Assembly (NCBI RefSeq): GCF_006345805.1
Contig: NC_042998.1
Span: forward strand, 434,001 to 498,000
Source: Octopus sinensis
Lineage: Eukaryota
Length of the DNA stretch: 64,000 bases
Reading direction: 5' to 3'
Under the pieces are notes generated by a model. The model was not told where the DNA came from. It made no database searches and was given only the letters and a program-made list of their open reading frames with translations. Both the position numbers and the translations under genes were made by a program. Position 1 is the first letter of the stretch. Each line of letters starts with the position of its first letter. Below are positions 1 to 12,655 of this stretch, in pieces.

Positions 1-277
1 CTAATTTCTTGCAAAATTATAGTAAACACAGAATGATGATGATGATGATGATGATGATGATAACAACAACAACACCAATTGATGTGGTTTTTCACTCCAA
101 ATTTTCAGAGTGGTAAAATAAATATTTTAAACAGTTGACAGCTGGTTGTTGTTAAAAGCCATTGAAATTAATAATGAAAGTAATATATGAGGAATTAAAT
201 AAAGTTAAAGAAATTTTATATAAACACTCACGTAAAAGTTTAAATTTATTGCTTGTTGTGAATGAAAATTATACATA

Positions 278-607
278 GGCGTAGGGGTGGCTGTGTGGTA
301 AGTAGCTGGCTTACAGACCACATGGTTCCGGGGTTCAGTACCACTGCGTGGCACCTTGGGCAAGTGTCTTCTACGATAGCCACGGGCCGACCAAAGCCTT
401 GTGAGTGGATTTGGCAGACGGAAACTGAAAGAAGCCCGTCGTATATATGTATGTGTGTGTGTATTTGTGTGTCTGCGTTTGTCTCCCAGCATCGCTTGAC
501 AACCGATGCTGGTGTGTTTGCGTCCCCATAACTTAGCGGTTTGGCAAAAGAGACTGATAGAATAAGTACTAGGCTTACAAAGAACAAGTCCTGGGGTTGA
601 TTTACTC
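278..607 (+). mobile_element. tRNA-derived SINE, type A (most abundant family in window), 3'-truncated
   Basis: Head gtggctgtgtggtaagtagc...gggttcagt (A/B-box-like), body ccttgggcaagtgtcttcta...ggatttggcagacggaaactgaaagaagcc, internal (TG/TA)n; roughly 20 similar full or partial copies in window. Confidence 0.85.
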
Positions 608-1251
608 ACACACATACATACACACACACTTATCTATATATGTGTGTGTGGGTATATACATGTGTATATATATAGGCATGTGTGTGTGACTGTATGTGTG
701 TATGTATTCTTTTATTCTTTTACTTGTTTCAGTCATTTGATTGCAGCCATACTGGAGCACTACCTTGAAGGGTCAAAGTCAAACAAATTGACCCCGGTAC
801 TTATTCTATTGGTCTCTTTTGCTGTTAAGTTAGAGGGATGTAAACACATCAACACCTGTCCCACAGTGATGGGGGTACAAACACAGACATAAATATACAT
901 ACACACATATATATATATATATAGATATAGTTTCCTCCAAGCTCTCCCCTGCTCCCACCCATGCTGTCACGCCTGCCCCTACCTCCCTAACACCACCAGA
1001 CTGATAAGAGCCAATGACTATGATATATGACAAGGATATGCAAAGGCACATGGAAACATACACACACATATGAACTTACTCAAACCTGGTACTTGTTTTA
1101 TCATTCACTTTTGCCAAACCCCAAAGTTATGGTGACATAAAGAAAGAAACCCTGGTGGTAAGGGACAAATAAAAACACAAACCAAGACATACACATGTAC
1201 ACATGCACACACACATGGAAAAAGCCTGTCATGAATGTATATATATTGTTG

Positions 1252-1692
1252 TGACCCCCTTTGGTCATGAATGACCATTGGATTGCATCTAGAAAGTTAC
1301 CCTCCAAGGTACAAGTCTAGGCAAGGTTGTTTATGGAAGACCAGCAGTCGCCCACGCATACCAGCCTCCCCTCTCCATGCCACCGATGTTATCCAAGGGA
1401 AACAAAAAGGCACCAGTAATGTTGCAGCTCATTTATTAACGTGCAAGTGGCTGAGGACTCCACAGTTATGTGTACCCTTAACGTAGTTCTCGGGGAGATT
1501 CAGCGTGACACAGAGAAACAGGAAGAAAGAGCAAGAGAAAGTTGTGTTGAAAGAGTACAGCAGGGTTCACCACCACCCCCTGCTGGAGCCTCGTGGAGCT
1601 TTAGGTGCTTTCGCTCAATAAATACTCACAATGCCCGGTCTAGGAATCGAAACCTCGAGCCCACTACCCTAACCAGTGGGTCATTGCGTCTC
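1252..1692 (-). mobile_element. Composite of three SINE segments (type C head, type E middle, type B tail)
   Basis: 1520-1692 matches 40311-40500; 1430-1515 matches 6375-6455; 1252-1430 matches 27490-27690; all on minus strand. Confidence 0.7.
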
Positions 1693-1695
1693 AAC

Positions 1696-1736
<41 letters not shown>

Positions 1737-1742
<6 letters not shown>

Positions 1743-2780
1743 GTCATCCCATAAATAATGCGGTTTTTTATACTTCTTTTATTTTTCAAAGTTAAGATAA
1801 AGTTCTTTTCTAATCTAAAATATATTCTCCATTTTCTACAATGCTCTTCTATCTCTCTGGTAGACTTGCAAGGTCCCTCTTCCAAATTTCACTTGTTTGT
1901 GATGCAAAATACTCCTCCAGTACTGTTCTGACCTCGTCTACAGAATTCATATATTTTCCGTCCAAATGATTTTGAAGACTGCAGAATAAATGATTATCAG
2001 ATGGGGCAATGACCAGCAAATATGGTGGGTGGGGCATCATTTCCTATTCAAACTGCTCCAGCCTTAGGAATGTCATCCTCGATGTACACGGCTGAGCATT
2101 ATCCTGATGGAAGAACACCTTTCATCTTGAAACCAAAGATGGCCGTTTTTCTTCTAGCACTGACTTAAGCCACTCAGGCTGCTTGCAGTTAGATCTCCTT
2201 TGTTATCGTTTGGTTTGGGTTTTATACGTTTAAAGTGGACTAAACCTTTCATATCCCACCAAACAGATAGCAATACCATATGTGGGTGATGAACGCCTTT
2301 AGCCTGGGGTGCCAGTGTTTCTCCTTTCCCTACCCACTGTCTTCAGTACTCAACATTTTTATAGAGAACCCATTTCTCGTCACCAGTGTCTATTCGGTTC
2401 AAAAGAGGTTCATTCATGAGACGTGACAGCAAAGAAGAGCACACATTCACTCTCTGCATGTGATTAGACTTGGAGAGTTTGCGAGGAACACATTGACTCA
2501 ATTTGTTGACTATTCTGATTGTACACAGGTGTCAATGAATGATTGAATGACCAAATCCAAGCTTTTCTCCTAGTTCCTCAACAGTTATGATGGAATTTTA
2601 TTCGACCAGGGTTTGTAGGACATCCTCGACGAGCTCTACAGATCTTCCAGGATGAGGCTTGCCTTCTAGGCTATAGTTTCCTGCTTGGAATTTCTGGAAC
2701 CACCGTTGATATTGGCTTACACTTATTGTCTGATCCCCATATATTGCATGAATATTCCTTGCACTTTCCATTGCATTACT
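1737..2780 (-). mobile_element. Decayed mariner transposon (transposase pseudogene, 5' end missing)
   Basis: Translates to mariner motifs TGDEKWV, VWWD, HPPY..APSD.HLF with stops/frameshifts; terminal repeat tattgggtcatcccataaataatgcggttttt next to a TA run at 1737-1770. Confidence 0.9.
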
Positions 2781-2934
2781 TCCAAGCCAGTTAATATTTC
2801 CTCATGGGTAAACATTGTTTTACATGGGAAACTGGAAATTAATAAACAAACTTCTTAAACACAGTCACACTTGGACTCTAAAGATCAAATCTCAATGAGT
2901 TCATTTTTGCCTTTCACCATTTTGGGCAGTGAAT

Positions 2935-3410
2935 CCATTCAGTGCAGACAGGAGATCATTTTCAGATGAGCCATGTAGCCCCATATCATCTGCAAATATT
3001 AGCTGACTAATCCTGCACCCACTGATTGTGATACCACTTCCACAACAACAGTTCATATCATTCTAGTTGATAAAAATTATGATAAGGAGAGGTTACAATA
3101 CTGAAGTCCACTTCTCACATTGAAGGGTTTCGACTCAGTACCATTTACCCAAACTCAAATATTTGGGCATTCATATAGGGACTTCATGGCAACCAACAGT
3201 TGCCCATTAATCCCAAACTTCTGCAAATCCCCCACAGCATGTCTTGCAGCACATGCTCATATGCCTTTATGGGGTCTACAAAACAAGCACACACCTCTTG
3301 GAAATATTCCTATGATTTCTTGAAAACATACCACAGTGTGAATTTCTGGTCAGTTGTGCTGCATCCAGGACAGAAGCCACACCTTACTCAACAGGGTACA
3401 TAGCTCAGAG
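2935..3410 (-). mobile_element. Old RTE-clade LINE reverse-transcriptase fragment
   Basis: Minus-strand translation CFVDPIKAYEHV, FGINGQLLVAMKSLY, VNGTESKPFNVRSGL, ISQLIFADD; disrupted. Confidence 0.8.
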
Positions 3411-3685
3411 ATAAGGAAGTCTCTGCAGATCAATCTACTTCTTCTTTGAATTGAGAAGTTATAATTCTAGTACTATGGATATGTGATTAGAATGGAAAGA
3501 ATCAGAAAACTGATTATTCAAGCAAAGCTAATTGGTGGGAGATCAAGAACAAGGATTCACAGTCTCAGTAGGCACACTTGGTAATCCAGCGAGAAAAACT
3601 GATGATGATTATTTCTTATACGACTCTACGAGAAGGTACCTGAGGGCTCTACCCCCATGACACTACCAGGTAAAGATGGATGGGT
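3411..3685 (+). mobile_element. RTE (Expander-like) LINE 3' end
   Basis: EIRKSLQINLLLL*IEK..YGYVIRM resembles RTE C-terminus (LLL.IER.QLRW.GH..RM); ends gatggatggg. Confidence 0.6.
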
Positions 3686-4502
3686 GTATCTGTTTTGGGT
3701 TGATAAAAAAAAGGGATCAATCTAGGTCAATGGAATGGCAGAACTGTAAGAATTATAGACTGAATGCCTTGTGTCATTTGTTCCACTGCTTTGAGGTCTC
3801 AGTTAAATTCTACTTAGTTACCTAAAGTGCACCTTTGCTAACCAGCATTAATATACCATATTGCATATTTTTTCGAGGAAGATGGTAATATAGTCTAAAA
3901 TGAGGAGATGTCCTCTTGGGGTTAAAAAATCACAGCAGAGTCTGCTCAAACAGACAGCCATGTTAAAGTGGTTTTGAATATTACTTGTCAGTACAACTAC
4001 AGCCTTGATCTCTTAGAGAGATTTTAGAACTAGCATTTTTGCTTGTAAATATATCCTTATGCACCTATCCTGATGTAGAATAACATTCTCAAAACAAGTG
4101 TTTCATTCGACTTTGATACTGATGTAAACAACATTTGTGATGTAATAGTGAAATATCATTTAGGTCTGGTGTTTCCAGGAGACAAGAGCACTCAATTGTA
4201 TCCAGCTATCTTCACTTATTTCAATTTCTTAAAAACCATACTCCTCACTGGTTTAAATGGACATTTGCAATATGAATTATGTTGAGTATAAAAGTACTGT
4301 CAATATATTAAATGAATGAATAAAAAAAAAACTTTTCAATACACGAGACAGCCACCAAATTTTGATGGATTCGATGATAAATATCATTAGCAGCAGCTGC
4401 CCTAAATATAACGAATGCATGGTTCATCCTGAAGTCAAAACTAAATCAAATAAACCTAAAATAAAAGGTGTTCCAGCTGGAACCATCCAACCTCATCTAT
4501 TT

Positions 4503-4902
4503 TACTCTATTACTCTTATACTTGTTTCAGTCATTTGACCGCAGCCTTGCTGGAGCACCGCCTTTAGTCGAGCAACTCGACCCCAGGACTTCTTCTTTGT
4601 AACCCTAGTAACCCTAGTACTTATTCTATTGGTCTCTATTGCCAAACCGCTAAGTTACGGGGATGTAAACATGCCAGCATTGGTTGTCAAGTGATGTTGG
4701 GGGGGACAAACACAGACACACAAACACTCACACATATATATATATACATATATACAATGGGATTCTTTCAGTTTCCATCTACCAAATCCACTCACAAGGC
4801 TTTGGTCGGCCTGAGGCTATAGTAGAAGACACTTGCCCAAGGTGCCATGCAGTGGGACTGAACCCGGAACCATGTGGTTGGTTAGCACAGCCACTCCTGC
4901 AC
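4503..4902 (-). mobile_element. tRNA-derived SINE type A, near full length
   Basis: Reverse complement of 278-607 plus tail gactgaaacaagta(a)gag. Confidence 0.85.
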
Positions 4903-5687
4903 CTATTTTTTTTTACCAAACATAGTATATCAATGCATTCTTTTATTTATAAGATGGTACGGTGTGATTTTAGACAGATTTGGCTGCTATTTCTACCAGG
5001 TTGAGCTACCATGGAGAAGCTCTTTCATTGGTTCACCAACAGAGTATTATTGCCATATGATGTATGATGTTGCAGGCAGCAAAGCCTACGTATAATGGAA
5101 GGATATCATTGACGTAAGTCCAAAAGTACAATAGACACATTTAAAACAATAAAAATAAACATTGGTGGAACAGTTTAATAAAAACATTCACTTGGTGCAA
5201 AGACAACAAAGAGTGAAGATTCTAAGGGACCAAAAGCAAATACGATGGACTGTGTTTTGGAGATCAGATGTCCAGCAGATGTGGCTATCTTGTTGATTGC
5301 TGCTGAGAGCAAAATGATATATATACAGCAAGCTAATAGAGAACCTGGTGATTATAGGATCTCATTGATATCTAAGTCAATAGTGAAAGGCTATGTAAGA
5401 AAATATTTACATAGTAACTCAGAAAGGCTGGGTTATTTTGAAGGAAAAAAACAGAAAAAGACTGATTCACATCCTGAAGACCCATCAGTGAAGGGTCAAC
5501 TGAAGTATTTCAAACATTCTTTATATCAACACCCCACCCTCAAACAAGACACAATTATCCAAGTGTGCGTTGATTCACAAATACACATACATTAATATAG
5601 ATGTTTGGCTGAATCTAAACATGGACAAAAACTATTGTATATTTATTGACGATTGTCAGTTACACATTTTTCTGAACAAAGGCACAG

Positions 5688-6125
5688 ACATAGCTGAGTG
5701 GTAATAAGTTTCCTTCCCAACCATATAACCATATCATTCCAGTTTCAGTTCCACTGCATGGTACCTTGGGCAAGTGTCTTCTGCTATAACCTCAGGCTGA
5801 CTAAAGCTGTGTGAGAGGATTTGGTAGACGGAAACTGAAAGAAGCATGTGATGTGCATGTGTGTGTGTGTGGGGGGGGGTCCGTGTGTGTGTGTGTGTGT
5901 GTGTGTGCACATGTGTCTTATCAACCATCACCACCACTTGGCAACCAATGTTGGTGTCTTTATGTCCCCATAACTTTGTGGTTTGGCAAAAGAGAACGAT
6001 AGAATAAGTGTACCAGGTTTAAACAAATAAGTACTGGGATTGATTTGTTTGACTAAAGTTCTAGACTGTGGCCATGCTGGAGCATGGCCACAGTCTAATG
6101 ACTGAAACAAGTCAAAGATAAAAGG
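5688..6125 (+). mobile_element. tRNA-derived SINE type A, older copy
   Basis: Same head/body/tail order as other type A copies. Confidence 0.8.
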
Positions 6126-6344
6126 TAACAGCTGGCTGACAAAACTTTGAAGTTAAAGACTCTCTGTATTCCTGTTCTAATAATACTCTCTGCATACTTT
6201 TGGTTTTATAAGATTCATAAAGAATCGAGGCATATCAACTGATAGAACACAACTGATTTGCTTAACAGAATCAACACAGAGCAGACTGTGAAACTCACCC
6301 TCTTAATTATGAAGATCTGATGAATAGAATTACGAAGATCAGTT

Positions 6345-6630
6345 GATCTGATGAATGGAACAGCTGCTTGTTGAATTAATGTGCAAGTGGCTGAGCACTC
6401 CACAGACACGTGTACCCTTAACATAGTTCTCAAGGAGATTCAGTGTGACACAGAAAGGGACAAAACTAGCACCTTGGAATAGAGGTATAACTCATTTTTA
6501 CCAGTTTAGTTAATTGGAGCAATGTGAAATAAAGCGTCTTGTTCATGGATACAATGTACTCCTGGGGGTCAAACTCATGACCTTATGACTGTGAGCTAAA
6601 TACCCTAATCACTAAGCCATGTGCCTTCAC
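6345..6630 (-). mobile_element. tRNA-derived SINE type E
   Basis: Head gaaggcacatggcttagtgattaggg...gagtttgacc; body gcaagtggctgagcactccacagacacgtgtaccc shared with 1440-1515; related copy near 31390-31660. Confidence 0.7.
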
Positions 6631-7364
6631 AGTGACACAATACAATCTCTTTACAATGAATGCTCTTAATCTGTGCTTATAAGGTCTAACATTATTTAAA
6701 TTAAAAATCTTTGAATTTAATTCTTTTCAATCTGTCTATATCTATCTTTGGCAGAGAACCAGTTTTAGGGTACAAAAAATAAAACTGAAAATTTTTTTCT
6801 CCAATAAATCATCGGCTTCTAAAAACCATTATCTGTTTCTCACTAAAGTTCTCTGTAAAATATCTCAATCACTTTCTATAGAATTTGGTATGAGAAATGG
6901 ATAAATGCAAATGTCTTTCAATTACTTGATGTACTTCTTATGTCTTTACTTGTTTCCAATATAAGCGTGTGTGCAGAAACACTCAGACACACAACACACA
7001 TAACATACACTCACTCTCTCTCTCTCTCTCTCTCTCATATACACACATACACACACACACTCTCTCTCTCTCTCTCATATACACTCTCAGATACATACAC
7101 TCACACACACTCTCCCACTCTCTCTCTCTCTCTGTATATAATATTTTGTACACACACACACATATATATGTAGTAATAACAATAATAATCATTGGCTGGA
7201 ATTTATAAATATCTTAAAAGTTCATCCAAGGATTATCATTGTTATTACTACATTTGTTCTACAATATATCGGCATAGCTCAGTGCAACCCCAAAAATCTG
7301 GTATTGCCAGTTGGCACCATTAGACTGGCGAATAAGAGCTTTTATATATATGTATGTATGTATT

Positions 7365-7737
7365 AAAAAATGGAGGTGGAAATAACACAGCAGTAAGTCT
7401 AAGACATTTCAATTTAGAAAGAATTTAATAAAAGGATTTTAAAATTATATAAAGAAAATATTACCGTTTTCAATGATGAATTTCATCTTATCAAATATTA
7501 GTAAAATTTTATAAAAATTTGAAGTGAAAACAGTTTATCTTCTGTCTGGGGATCAAAAACATTTGATAAGATGAGATTCCTCATCGAAACTGGTAATATT
7601 TTCTTTATATAAATTTAAAATCATTTTATTAAATTCTTTCTAAACTGAAACGTCTTAGATTTACTTCTGTGCTATTTCCACCTTCATCTTTTATATATAA
7701 AAATTTGATTTGTACAGATCTCTAATCTTATTTCAAC
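7365..7737. mobile_element. Fold-back element (about 135-bp inverted arms) with degenerate hammerhead motif, Penelope-like pseudo-LTR candidate
   Basis: Arms 7365-7497 and 7558-7692 are reverse complements; right arm reads aacat-TTGATAA-gatgag attc ctcatc-GAAA-ctgg-TA-atatt. Confidence 0.7.
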
Positions 7738-7749
7738 TATATATATATA

Positions 7750-8085
7750 TGTATTCAGTAAATCATAAATCCAAAATAGAGGTGCACTCTAAATTATAGA
7801 GCAGTAGAGTATATAGGTAAAGATAGATATGGCTGGTCTACCCTGAGTTTCATGTTCGTAAAGCATTTAGCTTTACAACATTCCTTCAGAGCCTAAAACC
7901 CATTAGCCTATGGGTTTTAGAGTCTGAAGAAATGCTGTAAAGCTAAATATATATATATTAAGTGTATCTGCATGTGTGTGGTCTGCAAGGATACTATTGA
8001 AACTCAGAGTAGCACAAATGTGTGATCTGAAAAACTACAATAAATAATTGCACCCCACTTCTACACTGATTACATTTTCTTGTGT
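7750..8085. mobile_element. Fold-back element with hammerhead-like motif, Penelope-like pseudo-LTR candidate
   Basis: Hairpin arms 7865-7902/7911-7948; minus strand 7893-7835 ggct-CTGAAGG-a-atgttgtaaagc taaat gctttacgaacat-GAAA-ctcaggg-TA-gacc; second gaaactcagagta at about 7999. Confidence 0.65.
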
Positions 8086-8113
8086 AAATGTATGTGTGTA
8101 CATATGTATGTAT

Positions 8114-8150
<37 letters not shown>

Positions 8151-8603
8151 TCCTTATTCTTTTACTGGTTTCAGTCAGAGGGGGGGGGCATGCTGGAGCT
8201 CTGCCATTCAATGTTTTGGGGTCTCCTTCAGAACTGTTTTTGGAGAGGAAGCAAGTTGGACGAAGCTGCTCTTCCTTGTGCCTCCTGTTGTGATGTGGCT
8301 CACGTGGGATTTCAGATAGAAATGTGTGTGTGAGAGAGAGGGAGAAAGAGAGAGAGAGGGAGGGAGAGGTAGAGAGGGAGAGAGAGAGACGTGTGTGTGG
8401 CAGACGTCTTAGCGCACTGGAGAAAATGCTTAGTGGCATATCTTCCAGCTTCATGTTCTGATTTCAAATTTAACCAAGCTCGATTTTGCCTTTTATTATT
8501 TTATGGTTTGTGAAATAAATACTATGTGAGCGCTAGGGCAAAGTAGTTGACAGACTCCTCTCCACGAAATTTCCAGCCTTCTGCCTAAAGTCTCTGAAAG
8601 GTG

Positions 8604-8634
<31 letters not shown>

Positions 8635-8870
8635 ATTATGTGGTAAGGCACAACAAATAGAATAGCACTTAATCAGCTAAGAGAGCAAAGATAACTTTAT
8701 AATAAAAATCACAAGTTTTGTTAAAAAGCAGCTACCCAGGGTTTCCTGGTCAAAGTAATGATTTATTTTGCCATTTTACCAGCTGAGAACAAGACGATTT
8801 GTTAGTTGTTTTTCGAGCAGAATCTACTCAAAAGATTTTTGGTTTTTATTATAACATTATATATGTGTGA

Positions 8871-8922
<52 letters not shown>

Positions 8923-9539
8923 AATGCTAGGTTTTATGTTATAATAAAAACAATCTTACATTAAATTGAAAGATTGCCCTTTCACCTTGAAATATTTTGC
9001 TAAGTAACACCTTGTTAACATATAAACTCACAACCACTCCTTTCCATTATTCTTTTATTTCAATAAACTTCGTCACCACCTCCCGTCTGAATCTCATTCC
9101 AACATCTCCAGTTGCCAATTATATTGCACAAAGCAGAAAGCAGGTCTTCTCCAGTTGATTCTCTTCATTGAAAATGTTTGCAAATGCTCCAGATTACTTC
9201 GTTGTAGGACTTTTTTGCCCGGTATGGGTGTGCCTATGTAGGAATGTACATGTTTATGAATAAAAGAGGATGTGTGCATGTGTGTATGTGTTGTGTGTGT
9301 GTGTGTGTGTGTGTGTTAGTGTGTATCTTATTTATAGTTCTATTCAAATGTTGGTTTGTGTTCAGATTTTGGGGTTTTTGCTCTACTTCTGGTCATCTGT
9401 CTCTGCATTCAGCCACAAAAATTCAATCTGCCCATATTTATGCAGAGTCTTTCTGCTGTTTCATTTCTCTTTCCCTCTCTTCGGTCATCTCTCATCTCAC
9501 TTTATATTGTGCATCTATCCATGTGTCTATGTATATGGT

Positions 9540-9690
9540 GAGAATTTACAAAAACCCAAGACGAAGATGGGTGTGTAATGCTCGGGAAGTAAGAAAAGTC
9601 TTTTACATTTCAAGCCTGTGCTCTTTGACAGGAAAGAACACAGAAATAAACAGAGAAAATAGAAAAAGGTTTAGTGGTTAGCGATGTGTA
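9540..9690 (-). mobile_element. Short repeat with degenerate hammerhead motif (family also at 14950-15135 and 48232-48445)
   Basis: Minus strand CTGTCAA-agagcacaggctt-GAAA-tg-TA at 9600-9635; downstream tail similar to other copies. Confidence 0.55.
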
Positions 9691-10843
9691 TTTCTGTATG
9701 TACATTTGTGTGTTCGCATATAGGTGTTCATATTCTTTTCTTCGTTTTTTGCTTACTTGTTTCAGTCATTTGACTGTGGCCATGCTGGTGCACTTCTTTG
9801 AAGGGCTTTAATTGAACAATTCGACCCTAGGACTTTTTTTTAAAAGCCTAGTTCTTATTCTACTAGTCTCTTTTGCTGAACTGCTAAGCTATAGAGATAT
9901 ATACACACCAACACCAGTTAGCAAGTGGTGATCTGGGGGACAAATACAGACACACAGATATATATACATGCATACACATATATATATGTATATATATATA
10001 TATAGATACATATATATATATATATCGTATGCAAGGAAACATCCAATTTTGACTGGTTAACTGCTCAATACCCAATATATAATATTTAGTATAAAAATTT
10101 CTCCAATATGAATGGGTATATATACACAATATGCAATAATAAAAGGAAAATGGAGAGTTCAAATATATATATACAAAAGTTAAGAAGTAGAGTAGATAAG
10201 ATCTGGGTTACATATGTTTTATAGTGAGTGGAACCTCAGAAGTGGTAAATATCCAAACGAGGTGTAAACCATAGACTACACTTCAGGCCAAGGATATCTT
10301 GATTAAATGAGGTATATGTTAGCATGGAAGATTCAATTAGAATGTGTAGAGAGCACAGTAGGAGTGGAGAATATAAATGGAGAGAGAAATTAGGATTAAA
10401 AGAAGGAAAAAAGAAAAAGACTAGGGAGTGAGAAGAATGAGGAATTTAAGCAAGGTCATTTGACCGGTAGTGTTCAACAGAGTTATTTTGGCCAAAATAG
10501 GGAGGAACGCACACAGGAGAATGAGGAATTTAAGCAAGGTCATTTGACCGGTAGTGTTCAATAGGGCTATTTCGGCATGGTTTCTATGACTGGATGCCCT
10601 TCCTAATGCCAATGACTCCAAGAGTGTGATAGGTGCTATTACGTACCACCTGCATGGGTGTCAGTTGCATGACACCAGTATCCGCCAAGACTACTTGGCT
10701 TGATGGGTCTTATCATGCATAGCATATTGCCAAAAGTCTTGGCCATTTGTCATAGCCTCTGTGTGACCCAACACTCGAAAGGTGATTTTTACATGAAGCC
10801 AGCATGAGTACATATACATATATGTGTTTGAGTGTATGTGTGC

Positions 10844-10881
<38 letters not shown>

Positions 10882-11904
10882 ATATACACACACATATATA
10901 ATGGCCTTCATTCAGTTTTTGTCTACCAAATCCACTCGTAAGGCTTTGGTCTGCCTGAGGTTGTAGTAAAAGATGCTCACTCAATGTGCCATGCAATGGG
11001 ACTGAACCTGGAACCATGTGGTTAGAAAGCAAGCCTCTTACCACATAGCCACACCTGTGTTTGTTTACAAAGCCAACTAGAAGGTGCAATGTACTTACTT
11101 TGATCATATTAGACCCAAACCAGCTCAGTTAATGAGTCAACTATATCCTAACCCGCAACACTCGTGACTTTGTGATTCTATTACAAATCATTACCATTAT
11201 TATTACTATTGCAGCTGTAGTTGAAAAGAAACAAAGTAGCAGAAATGGTGTCTTACACAGTACTTAGAATGATACACAGTTGTGTCCTACTTTCTGACTT
11301 CCAATATTGATGGAGGTTGACATAGCTTTTCCTCTCCCTGAATGCAAATTGGTTATATAGCTCTCAAGGGGAACTCCTATGTAGTTACTTAATCTGCTAG
11401 AAATAGCAGTCAAATTCTTTTCCCCTCAGATGAATAAGAGGAAAACCTAAATGTACTAGGTCATAAAAGAAGATGGGACTGTCATGGCTGAAATGGCTTT
11501 TACAATATGTCTGACTTGGGCAGTGATGGCTAAACAACTTGTTATATGGCTGTGTACCATTCTAAGATATTACAGATGTTGCTGTTTAGATCCAAGTAAG
11601 CCCATCTTGGTCAACACTTTGTCAAACTTGACAGATGAAAACTGTACAGAAGTTCATCATGTGTATATGCTCAATTAGTAGATTCATTAGCACTTCAGAA
11701 GGAATGCTGCTTTGTGGTATTCATTCTAACTTACTATGTTTTGAGTTCAAATTCTGCTGAAGTCAACTTTGTCTTTCATCCTTCTAGAGTCAATAATTAA
11801 AGTACCAGTTATTTACTAAGGAAGATACCCACCCCCATTCTCTCTCACATCCTCTCTGGATAAAAGCAGTGTGCAAACCTTGGGAGGGATTGGATCCACT
11901 AAGT

Positions 11905-12198
11905 CAGTGCTTCTCAAACTATCTTGTGTGGTATACCGGCAGTTTTTTTTTCCAATGTGCCAGGGTCTGGTAATATTTCTTAGAAATATTAATTTATACT
12001 GGAAACAATATATATAATGAATATAATAAAAGTTGACAATTTTTTTTAACTTATATGTATTTTGTAAGCGAATAATACAATACTACATAAGCATTTTATA
12101 AGCATTTTATGTTTCTCTTCTGGAAACTCGCTGTGTACAGGCAGCTGATGGCTCACGGACCGGTGCCAGTCCAGGGACCTCCACGTTGAGTAGCACTG
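11905..12198. mobile_element. hAT-type (Charlie-like) MITE
   Basis: TIRs cagtgcttctcaa / ttgagtagcactg; 8-bp flanking duplication cactaagt (11897-11904) / cactaaat (12199-12206). Confidence 0.85.
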
Positions 12199-12236
12199 CA
12201 CTAAATAATATATATATATATATATATATGTGTAAT

Positions 12237-12655
12237 GGTGCAAGCATGAATGCATTATTAGGAAATTTGCTTCCCAACCACATGGTTACATGTTCAGTCC
12301 CAGTTTGTGGCACACTGGGCAAGTGTTTTCTACTATTGCCTTGGGCTGACCAAAGCCTTAGTGTATTTGATAGACAGAAACTCAATAAAGCCCATCATGT
12401 GCACACGTGTGTGTGTGTTTGAGTTGCCTTATCTTGACATTGCATGGCAGTCACACAAGTCCACTGTCATACATGCAGTGTCAGTCATTTTCAATATTCT
12501 ACGAAAACATGTCTGTCCATGGAGAAATATTAACTTGCTTGAAAACAGGTGCAGGTTGGTGACAGGAAGGACATTTAGCTATAAGAATTCTGCCTCAATA
12601 AACTCCATCTGAATGATGCAAGTATGGAAAAGTGGATGCCAAAACAACAATGATT
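12237..12655 (+). mobile_element. SINE with type A head and RTE-derived tail
   Basis: Type A head then ggttggtgacaggaagg...atgcaagtatggaaaagtggatg, homologous to RTE 3' terminus at 42725-42873. Confidence 0.7.

Noticed and set aside
5245-5595. 116-aa ORF
   Set aside because: No convincing domain; faint resemblance to a very old RT fragment too weak to call
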